The notes: generated by a model from the letters alone, not told the origin. Counted from the first letter of the stretch, positions 15,701 to 29,885 are shown. The stretch: 64,000 bases of DNA from Balanoglossus misakiensis (GCA_040954595.2 CM082583.2:2283209-2347208), one strand, 5' to 3'. Translations and numbers: made by a program.

Positions 15701-18700
15701 GAGAACACACAGGCCTGAGCGAATAAGAAAGTTTTCCGGTAGACTCTGTAGATCGACTGTTTGTTCTCAAATATCCATGGATGCTTCCAAACACTGTCTC
15801 GTTATTTGCATATTCCGTTGTGATGCGAGAACACACAGGCCTGAGCGAATAAGAAAGTTTTCCGGTAGACTCTGTAGATCGACTGTTTGTTCTCAAATAT
15901 CCATGGATGCTTCCAAACACTGTCTCGTTATTTGCATATTCCGTTGTGATGCGAGAACACACAGGCCTGAGCGAATAAGAAAGTTTTCCGGTAGACTCTG
16001 TAGATCGACTGTTTGTTCTCAAATATCCATGGATGCTTCCAAACACTGTCTCGTTATTTGCATATTCCGTTGTGATGCGAGAACACACAGGCCTGAGCGA
16101 ATAAGAAAGTTTTCCGGTAGACTCTGTAGATCGACTGTTTGTTCTCAAATATCCATGGATGCTTCCAAACACTGTCTCGTTATTTGCATATTCCGTTGTG
16201 ATGCGAGAACACACAGGCCTGAGCGAATAAGAAAGTTTTCCGGTAGACTCTGTAGATCGACTGTTTGTTCTCAAATATCCATGGATGCTTCCAAACACCG
16301 TCTCGTTATTTGCATATTCCGTTGTGATGCGAGAACACACAGGCCTGAGCGAATAAGAAAGTTTTCCGGTAGACTCTGTAGATCGACTGTTTGTTCTCAA
16401 ATATCCATGGATGCTTCCAAACACCGTCTCGTTATTTGCATATTCCGTTGTGATGCGAGAACACACAGGCCTGAGCGAATAAGAAAGTTTTCCGGTAGAC
16501 TCTGTAGATCGACTGTTTGTTCTCAAATATCCATGGATGCTTCCAAACACTGTCTCGTTATTTGCATATTCCGTTGTGATGCGAGAACACACAGGCCTGA
16601 GCGAATAAGAAAGTTTTCCGGTAGACTCTGTAGATCGACTGTTTGTTCTCAAATATCCATGGATGCTTCCAAACACTGTCTCGTTATTTACATATTCCGT
16701 TGTGATGCGAGAACACACAGGCCTGAGCGAATAAGAAAGTTTTCCGGTAGACTCTGTAGATCGACTGTTTGTTCTCAAATATCCATGGATGCTTCCAAAC
16801 ACCGTCTCGTTATTTGCATATTCCGTTGTGATGCGAGAACACACAGGCCTGAGCGAATAAGAAAGTTTTCCGGTAGACTCTGTAGATCGACTGTTTGTTC
16901 TCAAATATCCATGGATGCTTCCAAACACCGTCTCGTTATTTACATATTCCGTTGTGATGCGAGAACACACAGGCCTGAGCGAATAAGAAAGTTTTCCGGT
17001 AGACTCTGTAGATCGACTGTTTGTTCTCAAATATCCATGGATGCTTCCAAACACCGTCTCGTTATTTGCATATTCCGTTGTGATGCGAGAACACACAGGC
17101 CTGAGCGAATAAGAAAGTTTTCCGGTAGACTCTGTAGATCGACTGTTTGTTCTCAAATATCCATGGATGCTTCCAAACACCGTCTCGTTATTTACATATT
17201 CCGTTGTGATGCGAGAACACACAGGCCTGAGCGAATAAGAAAGTTTTCCGGTAGACTCTGTAGATCGACTGTTTGTTCTCAAATATCCATGGATGCTTCC
17301 AAACACCGTCTCGTTATTTGCATATTCCGTTGTGATGCGAGAACACACAGGCCTGAGCGAATAAGAAAGTTTTCCGGTAGACTCTGTAGATCGACTGTTT
17401 GTTCTCAAATATCCATGGATGCTTCCAAACACTGTCTCGTTATTTGCATATTCCGTTGTGATGCGAGAACACACAGGCCTGAGCGAATAAGAAAGTTTTC
17501 CGGTAGACTCTGTAGATCGACTGTTTGTTCTCAAATATCCATGGATGCTTCCAAACACTGTCTCGTTATTTGCATATTCCGTTGTGATGCGAGAACACAC
17601 AGGCCTGAGCGAATAAGAAAGTTTTCCGGTAGACTCTGTAGATCGACTGTTTGTTCTCAAATATCCATGGATGCTTCCAAACACCGTCTCGTTATTTGCA
17701 TATTCCGTTGTGATGCGAGAACACACAGGCCTGAGCGAATAAGAAAGTTTTCCGGTAGACTCTGTAGATCGACTGTTTGTTCTAAAATATCCATGGATGC
17801 TTCCAAACACCGTCTCGTTATTTGCATATTCCGTTGTGATGCGAGAACACACAGGCCTGAGCGAATAAGAAAGTTTTCCGGTAGACTCTGTAGATCGACT
17901 GTTTGTTCTAAAATATCCATGGATGCTTCCAAACACCGTCTCGTTATTTGCATATTCCGTTGTGATGCGAGAACACACAGGCCGGAGCGAATAAGAAAGT
18001 TTTCCGGTAGACTCTGTAGATCGACTGTTTGTTCTCAAATATCCATGGATGCTTCCAAACACCGTCTCGTTATTTGCATATTCCGTTGTGATGCGAGAAC
18101 ACACAGGCCTGAGCGAATAAGAAAGTTTTCCGGTAGACTCTGTAGATCGACTGTTTGTTCTAAAATATCCATGGATGCTTCCAAACACCGTCTCGTTATT
18201 TGCATATTCCGTTGTGATGCGAGAACACACAGGCCTGAGCGAATAAGAAAGTTTTCCGGTAGACTCTGTAGATCGACTGTTTGTTCTCAAATATCCATGG
18301 ATGCTTCCAAACACCGTCTCGTTATTTGCATATTCCGTTGTGATGCGAGAACACACAGGCCTGAGCGAATAAGAAAGTTTTCCGGTAGACTCTGTAGATC
18401 GACTGTTTGTTCTCAAATATCCATGGATGCTTCCAAACACCGTCTCGTTATTTGCATATTCCGTTGTGATGCGAGAACACACAGGCCTGAGCGAATAAGA
18501 AAGTTTTCCGGTAGACTCTGTAGATCGACTGTTTGTTCTCAAATATCCATGGATGCTTCCAAACACTGTCTCGTTATTTGCATATTCCGTTGTGATGCGA
18601 GAACACACAGGCCTGAGCGAATAAGAAAAGTTTTCCGGTAGACTCTGTAGATCGACTGTTTGTTCTCAAATATCCATGGATGCTTCCAAACACCGTCTCG

Positions 18701-21700
18701 TTATTTGCATATTCCGTTGTGATGCGAGAACACACAGGCCTGAGCGAATAAGAAAGTTTTCCGGTAGACTCTGTAGATCGACGGTTTGTTCTCAAATATC
18801 CATGGATGCTTCCAAACGCCGTCTCGTTATTTGCATATTATGTTGTGATGCGTAGAACACACAGGCCTGAGCGAATAAGAAAGTTTTCCGGTAGACTCTG
18901 TAGATCGACTGTTTGTTCTCAAATATCCATGGATGCTTCCAAACGCCGTCTCGTTATTTGCATATTACGTTGTGATGCGTAGAACACACAGGCCTGAGCG
19001 AATAAGAAAGTTTTCCGGTAGACTCTGTATATCGACTGTTTGTTCTCAAATATCCATGGATGCTTCCAAACACCGTCTCGTTATTTGCATATTCCGTTGT
19101 GATGCGAGAACACACAGGCCTGAGCGAATAAGAAAGTTTTCCGGTAGACTCTGTAGATCGACTGTTTGTTCTAAAATATCCATGGATGCTTCCAAACACC
19201 GTCTCGTTATTTGCATATTCCGTTGTGATGCGAGAACACACAGGCCTGAGCGAATAAGAAAGTTTTCCGGTAGACTCTGTAGATCGACTGTTTGTTCTCA
19301 AATATCCATGGATGCTTCCAAACACCGTCTCGTTATTTGCATATTCCGTTGTGATACGAGAACACACAGGCCTGAGCGAATAAGAAAGTTTTCCGGTAGA
19401 CTCTGTAGATCGACTGTTTGTTCTAAAATATCCATGGATGCTTCCAAACACTGTCTCGTTATTTGCATATTCCGTTGTGATGCGAGAACACACTGGCCTG
19501 AGCGAATAAGAAAGTTTTCCGGTAGACTCTGTAGATCGACTGTTTGTTCTAAAATATCCATGGATGCTTCCAAACACCGTCTCGTTTAATTACGGACTTC
19601 CGTTCTGATGCGTGGAACACATAGGCTGAGCGCATAAGAAAGTTTTCTGCAAGACTCTGTAGATCGTCGGCTTGTTCTAAAATATCCATGGGTGCTTCCA
19701 AACACCGTCTCGTTATTTGCATATTCCGTTGTGATGTGTAGAACACACAGGCCTGAGCGAATAAGAAAGTTTTCCAGTAGACTCTGTAGATCGACTGTTT
19801 GTTCTAAAATATCCATGGATGCTTCCAAACACCGTCTCGTTATTTGCATTTTCCGTTGTGATGCGTAGAACACACAGGCCTGAGCGAATACGAAAGTTTT
19901 CCGGTAGACTCTGTAGATCGACTGTTTGTTCTCAAATATCCATGGATGCTTCCAAACACCGTCTCGTTATTTGCATATTCCGTTGTGATGCGAGAACACA
20001 CAGGCCTGAGCGAATAAGAAAGTTTTCCGGTAGACTCTGTAGATCGACTGTTTGTTCTAAAATATCCATGGATGCTTCCAAACACCGTCTCGTTATTTGC
20101 ATATTCCGTTGTGATGCGAGAACACACAGGCCTGAGCGAATAAGAAAGTTTTCCGGTAGACTCTGTAGATCGACTGTTTGTTCTAAAATATCCATGGATG
20201 CTTCCAAACACCGTCTCGTTATTTGCATATTCCGTTGTGATGCGAGAACACACAGGCCTGAGCGAATAAGAAAGTTTTCCGGTAGACTCTGTAGATCGAC
20301 TGTTTGTTCTCAAATATCCATGGATGCTTCCAAACACCGTCTCGTTATTTGCATATTCCGTTGTGATGCGAGAACACACAGGCCTGAGCGAATAAGAAAG
20401 TTTTCCGGTAGACTCTGTAGATCGACTGTTTGTTCTAAAATATCCATGGATGCTTCCAAACACTGTCTCGTTATTTGCATATTCCGTTGTGATGCGAGAA
20501 CACACTGGCCTGAGCGAATAAGAAAGTTTTCCGGTAGACTCTGTAGATCGACTGTTTGTTCTAAAATATCCATGGATGCTTCCAAACACCGTCTCGTTTA
20601 TTTACGGACTTCCGTTCTGATGCGTGGAACACATAGGCTGAGCGCATAAGAAAGTTTTCTGCAAGACTCTGTAGATCGTCGGCTTGTTCTAAAATATCCA
20701 TGGGTGCTTCCAAACACCGTCTCGTTATTTGCATATTCCGTTGTGATGTGTAGAACACACAGGCCTGAGCGAATAAGAAAGTTTTCCAGTAGACTCTGTA
20801 GATCGACTGTTTGTTCTCAAATATCCATGGATGCTTCCAAACACCGTCTCGTTATTTGCATTTTCCGTTGTGATGCGTAGAACACACAGGCCTGAGCGAA
20901 TACGAAAGTTTTCCGGTAGACTCTGTAGATCGACTGTTTGTTCTCAAATATCCATGGATGCTTCCAAACACCGTCTCGTTATTTGCATATTCCGTTGTGA
21001 TGCGAGAACACATAGGCCTGAGCGAATAAGAAAGTTTTCCGGTAGACTCTGTAGATCGACTGTTTGTTCTAAAATATCCATGGATGCTTCCAAACACCGT
21101 CTCGTTATTTGCATATTCCGTTGTGATGCGAGAACACACAGGCCTGAGCGAATAAGAAAGTTTTCCGGTAGACTCTGTAGATCGACTGTTTGTTCTAAAA
21201 TATCCATGGATGCTTCCAAACACTGTCTCGTTATTTGCATATTCCGTTGTGATGCGAGAACACACTGGCCTGAGCGAATAAGAAAGTTTTCCGGTAGACT
21301 CTGTAGATCGACTGTTTGTTCTAAAATATCCATGGATGCTTCCAAACACCGTCTCGTTATTTGCATATTCCGTTGTGATGCGAGAACACACAGGCCTGAG
21401 CGAATAAGAAAGTTTTCCGGTAGACTCTGTAGATCGACTGTTTGTTCTAAAATATCCATGGATGCTTCCAAACACCGTCTCGTTATTTGCATATTCCGTT
21501 GTGATGCGAGAACACACAGGCCTGAGCGAATAAGAAAGTTTTCCGGTAGACTCTGTAGATCGACTGTTTGTTCTCAAATATCCATGGATGCTTCCAAACA
21601 CCGTCTCGTTATTTGCATATTCCGTTGTGATGCGAGAACACACAGGCCTGAGCGAATAAGAAAGTTTTCCGGTAGACTCTGTAGATCGACTGTTTGTTCT

Positions 21701-24360
21701 AAAATATCCATGGATGCTTCCAAACACTGTCTCGTTATTTGCATATTCCGTTGTGATGCGAGAACACACTGGCCTGAGCGAATAAGAAAGTTTTCCGGTA
21801 GACTCTGTAGATCGACTGTTTGTTCTAAAATATCCATGGATGCTTCCAAACACCGTCTCGTTTATTTACGGACTTCCGTTCTGATGCGTGGAACACATAG
21901 GCTGAGCGCATAAGAAAGTTTTCTGCAAGACTCTGTAGATCGTCGGCTTGTTCTAAAATATCCATGGGTGCTTCCAAACACCGTCTCGTTATTTGCATAT
22001 TCCGTTGTGATGTGTAGAACACACAGGCCTGAGCGAATAAGAAAGTTTTCCAGTAGACTCTGTAGATCGACTGTTTGTTCTCAAATATCCATGGATGCTT
22101 CCAAACACCGTCTCGTTATTTGCATTTTCCGTTGTGATGCGTAGAACACACAGGCCTGAGCGAATACGAAAGTTTTCCGGTAGACTCTGTAGATCGACTG
22201 TTTGTTCTCAAATATCCATGGATGCTTCCAAACACCGTCTCGTTATTTGCATATTCCGTTGTGATGCGAGAACACATAGGCCTGAGCGAATAAGAAAGTT
22301 TTCCGGTAGACTCTGTAGATCGACTGTTTGTTCTAAAATATCCATGGATGCTTCCAAACACCGTCTCGTTATTTGCATATTCCGTTGTGATGCGAGAACA
22401 CACAGGCCTGAGCGAATAAGAAAGTTTTCCGGTAGACTCTGTAGATCGACTGTTTGTTCTAAAATATCCATGGATGCTTCCAAACACCGTCTCGTTATTT
22501 GCATATTCCGTTGTGATGCGAGAACACACAGGCCTGAGCGAATAAGAAAGTTTTCCGGTAGACTCTGTAGATCGACTGTTTGTTCTCAAATATCCATGGA
22601 TGCTTCCAAACACCGTCTCGTTATTTGCATATTCCGTTGTGATGCGAGAACACACAGGCCTGAGCGAATAAGAAAGTTTTCCGGTAGACTCTGTAGATCG
22701 ACTGTTTGTTCTAAAATATCCATGGATGCTTCCAAACACCGTCTCGTTATTTGCATATTCCGTTGTGATGCGAGAACACACAGGCCTGAGCGAATAAGAA
22801 AGTTTTCCGGTAGACTCTGTAGATCGACTGTTTGTTCTGAAATATCCATGGATGCTTCCAAACACCGTCTCGTTATTTGCATATTCCGTTGTGATGCGAG
22901 AACACACAGGCCTGAGCGAATAAGAAAGTTTTCCGGTAGACTCTGTAGATCGACTGTTTGTTCTAAAATATCCATGGATGCTTCCAAACACCGTCTCGTT
23001 ATTTGCATATTCCGTTGTGATGCGAGAACACACAGGCCTGAGCGAATAAGAAAGTTTTCCGGTAGACTCTGTAGATCGACTGTTTGTTCTAAAATATCCA
23101 TGGATGCTTCCAAACACCGTCTCGTTATTTGCATATTCCGTTGTGATGCGAGAACACACAGGCCTGAGCGAATAAGAAAGTTTTCCGGTAGACTCTGTAG
23201 ATCGACTGTTTGTTCTCAAATATCCATGGATGCTTCCAAACACCGTCTCGTTATTTGCATATTCCGTTGTGATGCGAGAACACACAGGCCTGAGCGAATA
23301 AGAAAGTTTTCCGGTAGACTCTGTAGATCGACTGTTTGTTCTAAAATATCCATGGATGCTTCCAAACACCGTCTCGTTATTTGCATATTCCGTTGTGATG
23401 TGTAGAACACACAGGCCTGAGCGAATAAGAAAGTTTTCCAGTAGACTCTGTAGATCGACTGTTTGTTCTAAAATATCCATGGATGCTTCCAAACACCGTC
23501 TCGTTATTTGCATATTCCGTTGTGATGCGAGAACACACAGGCCTGAGCGAATAAGAAAGTTTTCCGGTAGACTCTGTAGATCGACTGTTTGTTCTAAAAT
23601 ATCCATGGATGCTTCCAAACACCGTCTCGTTATTTGCATATTCCGTTGTGATGCGAGAACACACAGGCCTGAGCGAATACGAAAGTTTTCCGGTAGACTC
23701 TGTAGATCGACTCTTTGTTCTCAAATATCCATGGATGCTTCCAAACACCGTCTCGTTATTTGCATATTCCGTTGTGATGCGAGAACACACAGGCCTGAGC
23801 GAATAAGAAAGTTTTCCGGTAGACTCTGTAGATCGACTGTTTGTTCTAAAATATCCATGGATGCTTCCAAACACCGTCTCGTTATTTGCATATTCCGTTG
23901 TGATGTGTAGAACACACAGGCCTGAGCGAATAAGAAAGTTTTCCAGTAGACTCTGTAGATCGACTGTTTGTTCTAAAATATCCATGGATGCTTCCAAACA
24001 CCGTCTCGTTATTTGCATATTCCGTTGTGATGCGAGAACACACAGGCCTGAGCGAATAAGAAAGTTTTCCGGTAGACTCTGTAGATCGACTGTTTGTTCT
24101 AAAATATCCATGGTTGCTTCCAAACGCCGTCTCGTTATTTGCATATTCCGTTGTGATGCGAGAACACACAGGCCTGAGCGAATAAGAAAGTTTTCCGGTA
24201 GACTCTGTAGATCGACTGTTTGTTCTCAAATATCCATGGATGCTTCCAAACACCGTCTCGTTATTTGCATATTCCGTTGTGATGCGAGAACACACAGGCC
24301 TGAGCGAATAAGAAAGTTTTCCGGTAGACTCTGTAGATCGACTGTATGTTCTAAAATATC
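764..24360. repeat. Tandem satellite DNA array, 126/127-bp monomer, ~187 copies
   Basis: Monomer actgtctcgttatttgcatattccgttgtgatgcg(t)agaacacacaggcctgagcgaataagaaagttttccggtagactctgtagatcgactgtttgttctcaaatatccatggatgcttccaaac repeated head-to-tail; 42-aa periodic translations on both strands. Confidence 0.99.
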
Positions 24361-24400
24361 CGAGTTGCCTGCCGAGTTGCCTCGTGTAACTCGGCCTTTA

Positions 24401-25498
24401 GGGACCGTTCAGTTTTTACGGCCGGGGGGGGGGGCGGCAAAATCCAGGGGGGGGGGTCACTTAAATTTTGAAGTCCACAAGGGGGGGGGCATCTGGTTTT
24501 TTTAAACGTTTAGGGGGGTCACATACTTTTGCCACCGAACTTTTGCTTTTGAGTCTACAAAATTGCAGTTTCGCACCCTTTATTTTACAAAATTTTCTAA
24601 TGTGGGAGGGGGACACCCCGTCCCACGCCCACCCCCTTCATTCTCCGCCACATTGCATTTTTGCTGGTTTGTCTAGTGTACCAGGGCAGAGTGCTTGCCA
24701 CCCCAACCCCACCGATGATAATATTTAACAAAGTGAATACATAATGGAGAATTATACTAGAAGTTTTATAAATAATGTCATGACGAAGATGGCGCCAAAT
24801 CTTCTAACTTTGAGTGGAGTGGCAAACAATAAAATTTGTCCTCCCAAACATTGAGATAATTTGCTTTTGAGTTCATTAAAATGCAACTTTGCGCTACATT
24901 TTTTACAAAATTTTCTTATGTGGGAGGGGGACACCCCCTCTAACACCCACCCCCTCCATTCTTCGCCACATTGCATTTATTCACTGGTTTGTCTAGTGTA
25001 CCAGGGCAGACTTCTTCCCACCCCACCCCCGATGCTTACTTTGAGTAGAGTGGCAAAATTAAAATTTGTCCTCCGTAACATTGAGTTAATTTGCTTTTGA
25101 GTTCATTAAATTGCAACTTTGAGCACCGTATTTTACACCCACCTCCCTCCACTTTTCTTGTTTTACCGATGCTAGCAACTATTGTATTGACTTGTCATTT
25201 TAATTTGTTCATAGATTTCTTTATTGCAACGATATACTATTATATACTTCAATAATACTTTAAGAAATTTATAATTGAGGTGTGAGGTGCCTCATTCCCT
25301 TTATTGCATACAGTGTACATAGGATCAGGACGGCGAATGTTTTCGGCGTGGGGGGGGGGGTCATCATATTTTTGGGTCTGTCAAAGGGTGGTCATCATTT
25401 TTTGGTCCTGGGTGAAGGGGGGGTCGGCCTGATTTTGAGAACCGATGACACAAACTTGCCGCCCCCCCCCCCCCCTGCCGTAAAAACTGAACGGTCCC
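24401..25498. mobile_element. Non-autonomous DNA transposon (PIF/Harbinger-like MITE)
   Basis: TIRs GGGACCGTTCAGTTTTTACGGC... / ...GCCGTAAAAACTGAACGGTCCC, flanked on both sides by TTA (24398-24400, 25499-25501); internal imperfect direct repeats near 24541, 24859 and 25090; no transposase. Confidence 0.85.
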
Positions 25499-25710
25499 TT
25501 AACTTAACCTCTCTGTTATTAAGCCGTCGTTAGTCGACACAGAACCGTGTGCTGCCGTCTGGTTTCTTAACCAAGACAATCGGCGCTGCCCAAGGACTGT
25601 TATAGACGGTTCGATTATGTCACGTTTATGCATTTCCTGTAATAAGTTTGATCGTCTCTGCTCGTGACCAAGGTGACTGTCTACGGGGTTGTTGTCTCAA
25701 TGGTGGGTGG

Positions 25711-25868
25711 TGTAGTGTATCGACCTGAGGTCACATCAGGTCACCTCATTATATATGCAGAACACAATAAAGTTCTTGGGCCATGATGGCGGCCGTGTAT
25801 AGATGTTAAATCATGTGTCTGTGTTTAATCCGATTCATCTAGACTAAATATCTAGTTGGAACAGTTCA
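25711..25868 (+). repeat. 5' LTR of Mag-like Gypsy
   Basis: TGTAGT...GTTCA; TATA-like ttatatat and AATAAA; matches 30127-30284. Confidence 0.95.
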
Positions 25869-25940
25869 ATTGGCGACGAGGATAAACCGGAAAAAACTCG
25901 AGAATACCGTTAACTAGTTTGAGTTGACCTACGACGTACG

Positions 25941-28900
25941 ATGGCAGTAAATATCGAAATAGCTGGTATACAAGCGTTCGACTGTAAGAGCGACCCGTCT
26001 ACAGTGGCGAAAGGCATTTGAGTTCTACGTCGATGGGAAGGGAGTAAGAGACGACCATCAGAAGAAATCGCTTCTGTTACACTCTGCTGGGACGGAAGTT
26101 CAGGACATTTTTGATGATCTGGCAGATCCCGGACCTGGAAATTTGGCGGATGGTGCCGTAGACACAGCAGGTGAATATGAAATAGCCATGCGCACATTAG
26201 AGGCTAATTTCACCCCTCAAGTTAACATTCCATATGAACGACACCTCTTCCGTCAATTGAAACAAGAAGAATCTGAAAGTATCGATCAGTTCCTCGCGAG
26301 ACTTAGAAGTCAGGCTAAGAATTGCGACTTTCGGGACACTGATGAACAAATACGTGATCAGATCATAGACAAATGCAGATCGTCTGCCTTACGTCGGAAA
26401 TTACTGGAAAAGGGTGGCGCCCTCACATTGAAAAGAGTGCAAGAGATAGCGAGATGGATGGAAGCTGTCGATGTACAAATAAAGAAAATGGAGGGTGATA
26501 CAAAACAGGAGGTCAACCAAGTCCAGCAGGCCAGATCGAAAGGAAAACAGGCGTCCGGTAAACAGGGTAAGAAGATTAAAAGATGTTATCGCTGTGGGCG
26601 TCAGGGACATTTCCAGCGAGATAAAGATTGCCCTGCTAGAGCAGCTACCTGTAATAAATGTCACACAGTGGGACATTTTGCAGCTGTTTGTAAGACGAAA
26701 CAAGACAGTGGTACCAAACCAGAAAAAGATAGTGGACAGTACAAGACTATCAAAGACAGGCTGAACTGGGTTGAGGAAATCAGTGAATACGTTTTTACAG
26801 TTTGGCCAGGGAAAAACTCGAATAACAGCGGTGTAGTAGATGCCAACATCGGTGGAGTTGCTGTCCGAGACATGTTGATTGACTCCGGAGCAACATGCAA
26901 TGTGTTAAGTGAAGTCACGTGGACTGACTTGAAACGGAAACACATTCGATGCCAGTCTGAGAAAACCAGACAGAAACTGTATGCATACGGATCATCGAAG
27001 CCGCTAGAAATTTTGGGCAAATTTCAGGCAGATGTTGAAATTGCTGGAAAGGCAACAACAGCCGACTTTGTTGTTGTGAAAGGCGATGGAAAATCCCTTT
27101 TAGGGCGATCTACAGCTGAGAAGCTGGGAGTACTGAAGCTTGGTTTGCAGGTGAATGCAATAGATACGGAGGAAATATTCAGCAGATTTCCTGGCTGTTT
27201 TCAAGGACTGGGAAAACTGAAGAAATACCAGGCGAAGCTCCACATTGACCCGACTGTACCCCCCGTTGCCCAGAAACCAAGGCGAGTACCTTTTAGTTTG
27301 AGGGAGAAGTTGGAGTCGAAGATAGATGAATTGTTAAAGCTAGACATCATAGAGAGAGTTGATGGACCCACCCCATGGGTCAGCCCAGTTGTTATCATTC
27401 CGAAACCATCAGGAGACATACGACTTTGCGTGGACATGCGGTGTGCAAATAAAGCTGTGATTAGGGAGAGACACCCCATACCTACCATTGACGAAGTTTT
27501 GGAGAATGTGAATAAGAGCACAGTATTCACAAAACTAGATCTCAAGTGGGGATTCCACCAGATCGAGTTGGATGAAGAATCCAGAAATATCACTACCTTT
27601 GTAACACACAAGGGACTTTTCCGATACAAACGTTTGATGTTTGGTATTAGTTCAGCGCCAGAACTATATCAACACATCATACAGCAGGTGTTAGCTGAAT
27701 GTGAAGGTGCTTACAACATATCCGATGATGTAATCATACTTGGGGATGATGGTAACCATGACGACCGACTGATTAAAGTCATGGAATGCTTCGAGCGGAA
27801 TGGTCTCACATTGAACAGGGAGAAATGTATACTCCGGATGTCTCAGCTTGAGTTCATGGGACACTTGTTGTCGAAACAAGGTATCGGTCCGACAACAACG
27901 AAAGTGCAAGCATTGGTGAATGCGAGAAGACCAGAAAGTGCGACTGAAGTCAGAAGTTTTCTTGGTTTGGTGAACTTCTCTGCCCGGTACTTACTGGATT
28001 TTGCAACGATTGCAGAACCCCTACGGAGATTGACCAGGCAAGGAACGAAGTTTGAATGGGGAACCGAACAGGAAGTAGCTTTCAATCGTCTTAAGGATGC
28101 TTTGGCAAATGCAGAGACACTTGCATACTTTGATAGAAATGCAGAAACCAAAGTGATAGCCGATGCCAGCCCGGTTGGATTGGGTGCTGTATTGATACAG
28201 GAACAACGTGGCGAAAACAGAGTGGTATGTTATGCCAGCCGTAGTTTGACAGACGTCGAAAGAAGATATTCGCAGACGGAGAAGGAGGCTCTAGCCTTAG
28301 TGTGGGCCTGTGAGAGGTTTCATGTGTATCTATACGGAGTGAAATTTAAACTGTTGACAGATCACAAGCCACTACAAGTGATATACTCAGAGAAGTCAAA
28401 ACCGTCAGCGAGAATTGAGCGCTGGGTACTCCGTTTGCAGCCCTACGATTTCACGGTGGTGTATATACCCGGTCGGCAGAACATTGCTGATGCATTGTCA
28501 CGTCTCATCAGTAGCACAGAGAAACCAATGCAACCCTTGAGAAATGATGCCGAAGAGTACATTAGATATGTAGCAGTGAATGCAGCCCCGCATGCTCTAC
28601 CCATCCAAGAGATTGAGCGAGAAGCCGCCAAGGATGAGGAATTGCGGATACTCAGGAAATGTATTTTCCTTGGTGACTGGAGCCATTGTCCCACGGAATA
28701 CAAATCGGTGAGAAATGAACTCACTGTATTGGGCCAACTGGTGTTGAGAGACACTCGTTTGGTTATTCCCAGAAGTCTGAGGAAACATGTGATCAGCTTA
28801 GCACATGAGGGACACCAGGGAATAGTTAAAACCAAGCAACGTTTGCGTACAAAAGTATGGTGGCCTGGAATAGACCGTGAAGCAGAAAACAAGTGTAGAA

Positions 28901-29885
28901 CGTGCCATGAGTGCCAGCTTGTTGGTCAGCCATCAGTTAAAGAGCCAGTTGTGCCAACCGAGATGCCTACAGGTCCGTGGCAGGATGTTGCAGTGGATTT
29001 GCTGGGCCCAATTCCTTCAGGGGAATACATCCTGGTTACAGTCGACTACTTCAGCAGATACTTTGAAGTGGATATCATGAAGTCTGTAACCTCCGACAAA
29101 GTCATAGCCCGTCTGGATAGCAGATTCACAACACATGGTTACCCGGTTACCATGAAGACGGACAACGGTCCGCAGTTTACGTCGTCAGAGTTTGAAAGTT
29201 ACCTGAAAGACTGTAACATAAAACATAGACACACAACTCCGTTATGGCCTCAAGCGAACGGAGAGGTGGAAAGACTCTTCTTCTGAAAACTCTGAAGATT
29301 GCTCAAGTCCAGAAGCGGGATATTCAGAGAGAGCTGAACAAGTTTCTGTTAGCGTACAGAACGACACCACACTCCACCACTGGAGTAGCACCAGCCGAGT
29401 TGATGTTCAAGAGAAAGATCAGAAGCAAGCTGCCCGATGTCATTGAACAAAGCAGCAGAGACGAGTATAGAAACGTGTATGATAGAGACTTGGAGATGAA
29501 ACAGAAGTCCAAAGACTACATAGATGACTACAGAGGTGCCCGAAGGAGCAGTATCCAGTTAGGCGACAAAGTTCTTCTGCAGCAGACTCCGAAGAACAAG
29601 TTGTCTACACGCTTTGAGGAAACTCCTTATGAAGTTGTGGATAAATGTGGCAGTCAGGTCACTATACAGTCGCCGGTTGGTGTCAGATACAGACGGAATA
29701 CATCTCATGTGAAGAAGTACCTGGAAACGACAGATGAGGATGATGTTCCAGACTCCATTGTTGAAAAGGAGGATTGTGCAGCGCCAACTGAGGAAAGCAG
29801 TGTGACCGCCCAGGATAAACTGTCCGATAGGCCACAGCGTGCTATTCGAGCTCCAAAGTATTTAGAGGACTATGAAAGATATTGA
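25941..29885 (+). pseudogene. Gag-Pol polyprotein (two CCHC knuckles, protease, RT, RNase H, integrase), broken by two frameshifts
   Basis: CYRCGRQGH..C and CNKCHTVGH..C knuckles, LIDSGA protease, RT with ISDD, RNase H ADASP/TDHKPL/ADALSR, integrase HEGH..CRTC, TDNGPQF, NGEVER. Frameshifts near 26004 (ATG 25941 is out of frame with WRKAFEFYV) and near 29272 (integrase continues in ORF 29244-29885). Confidence 0.92.

Noticed and set aside
5938-18641. 1270-1330-aa ORFs on both strands made of a 42-aa repeat
   Set aside because: A 126-bp unit is a multiple of 3 and lacks stops in one frame per strand. Frequent 127-bp units shift the frame freely, so there is no sign of coding constraint.
764-24360. 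CRISPR-like array or tandem 5S/tRNA/snRNA genes
   Set aside because: No unique spacers and no cas genes; the monomer shows no recognisable tRNA, 5S or snRNA sequence.
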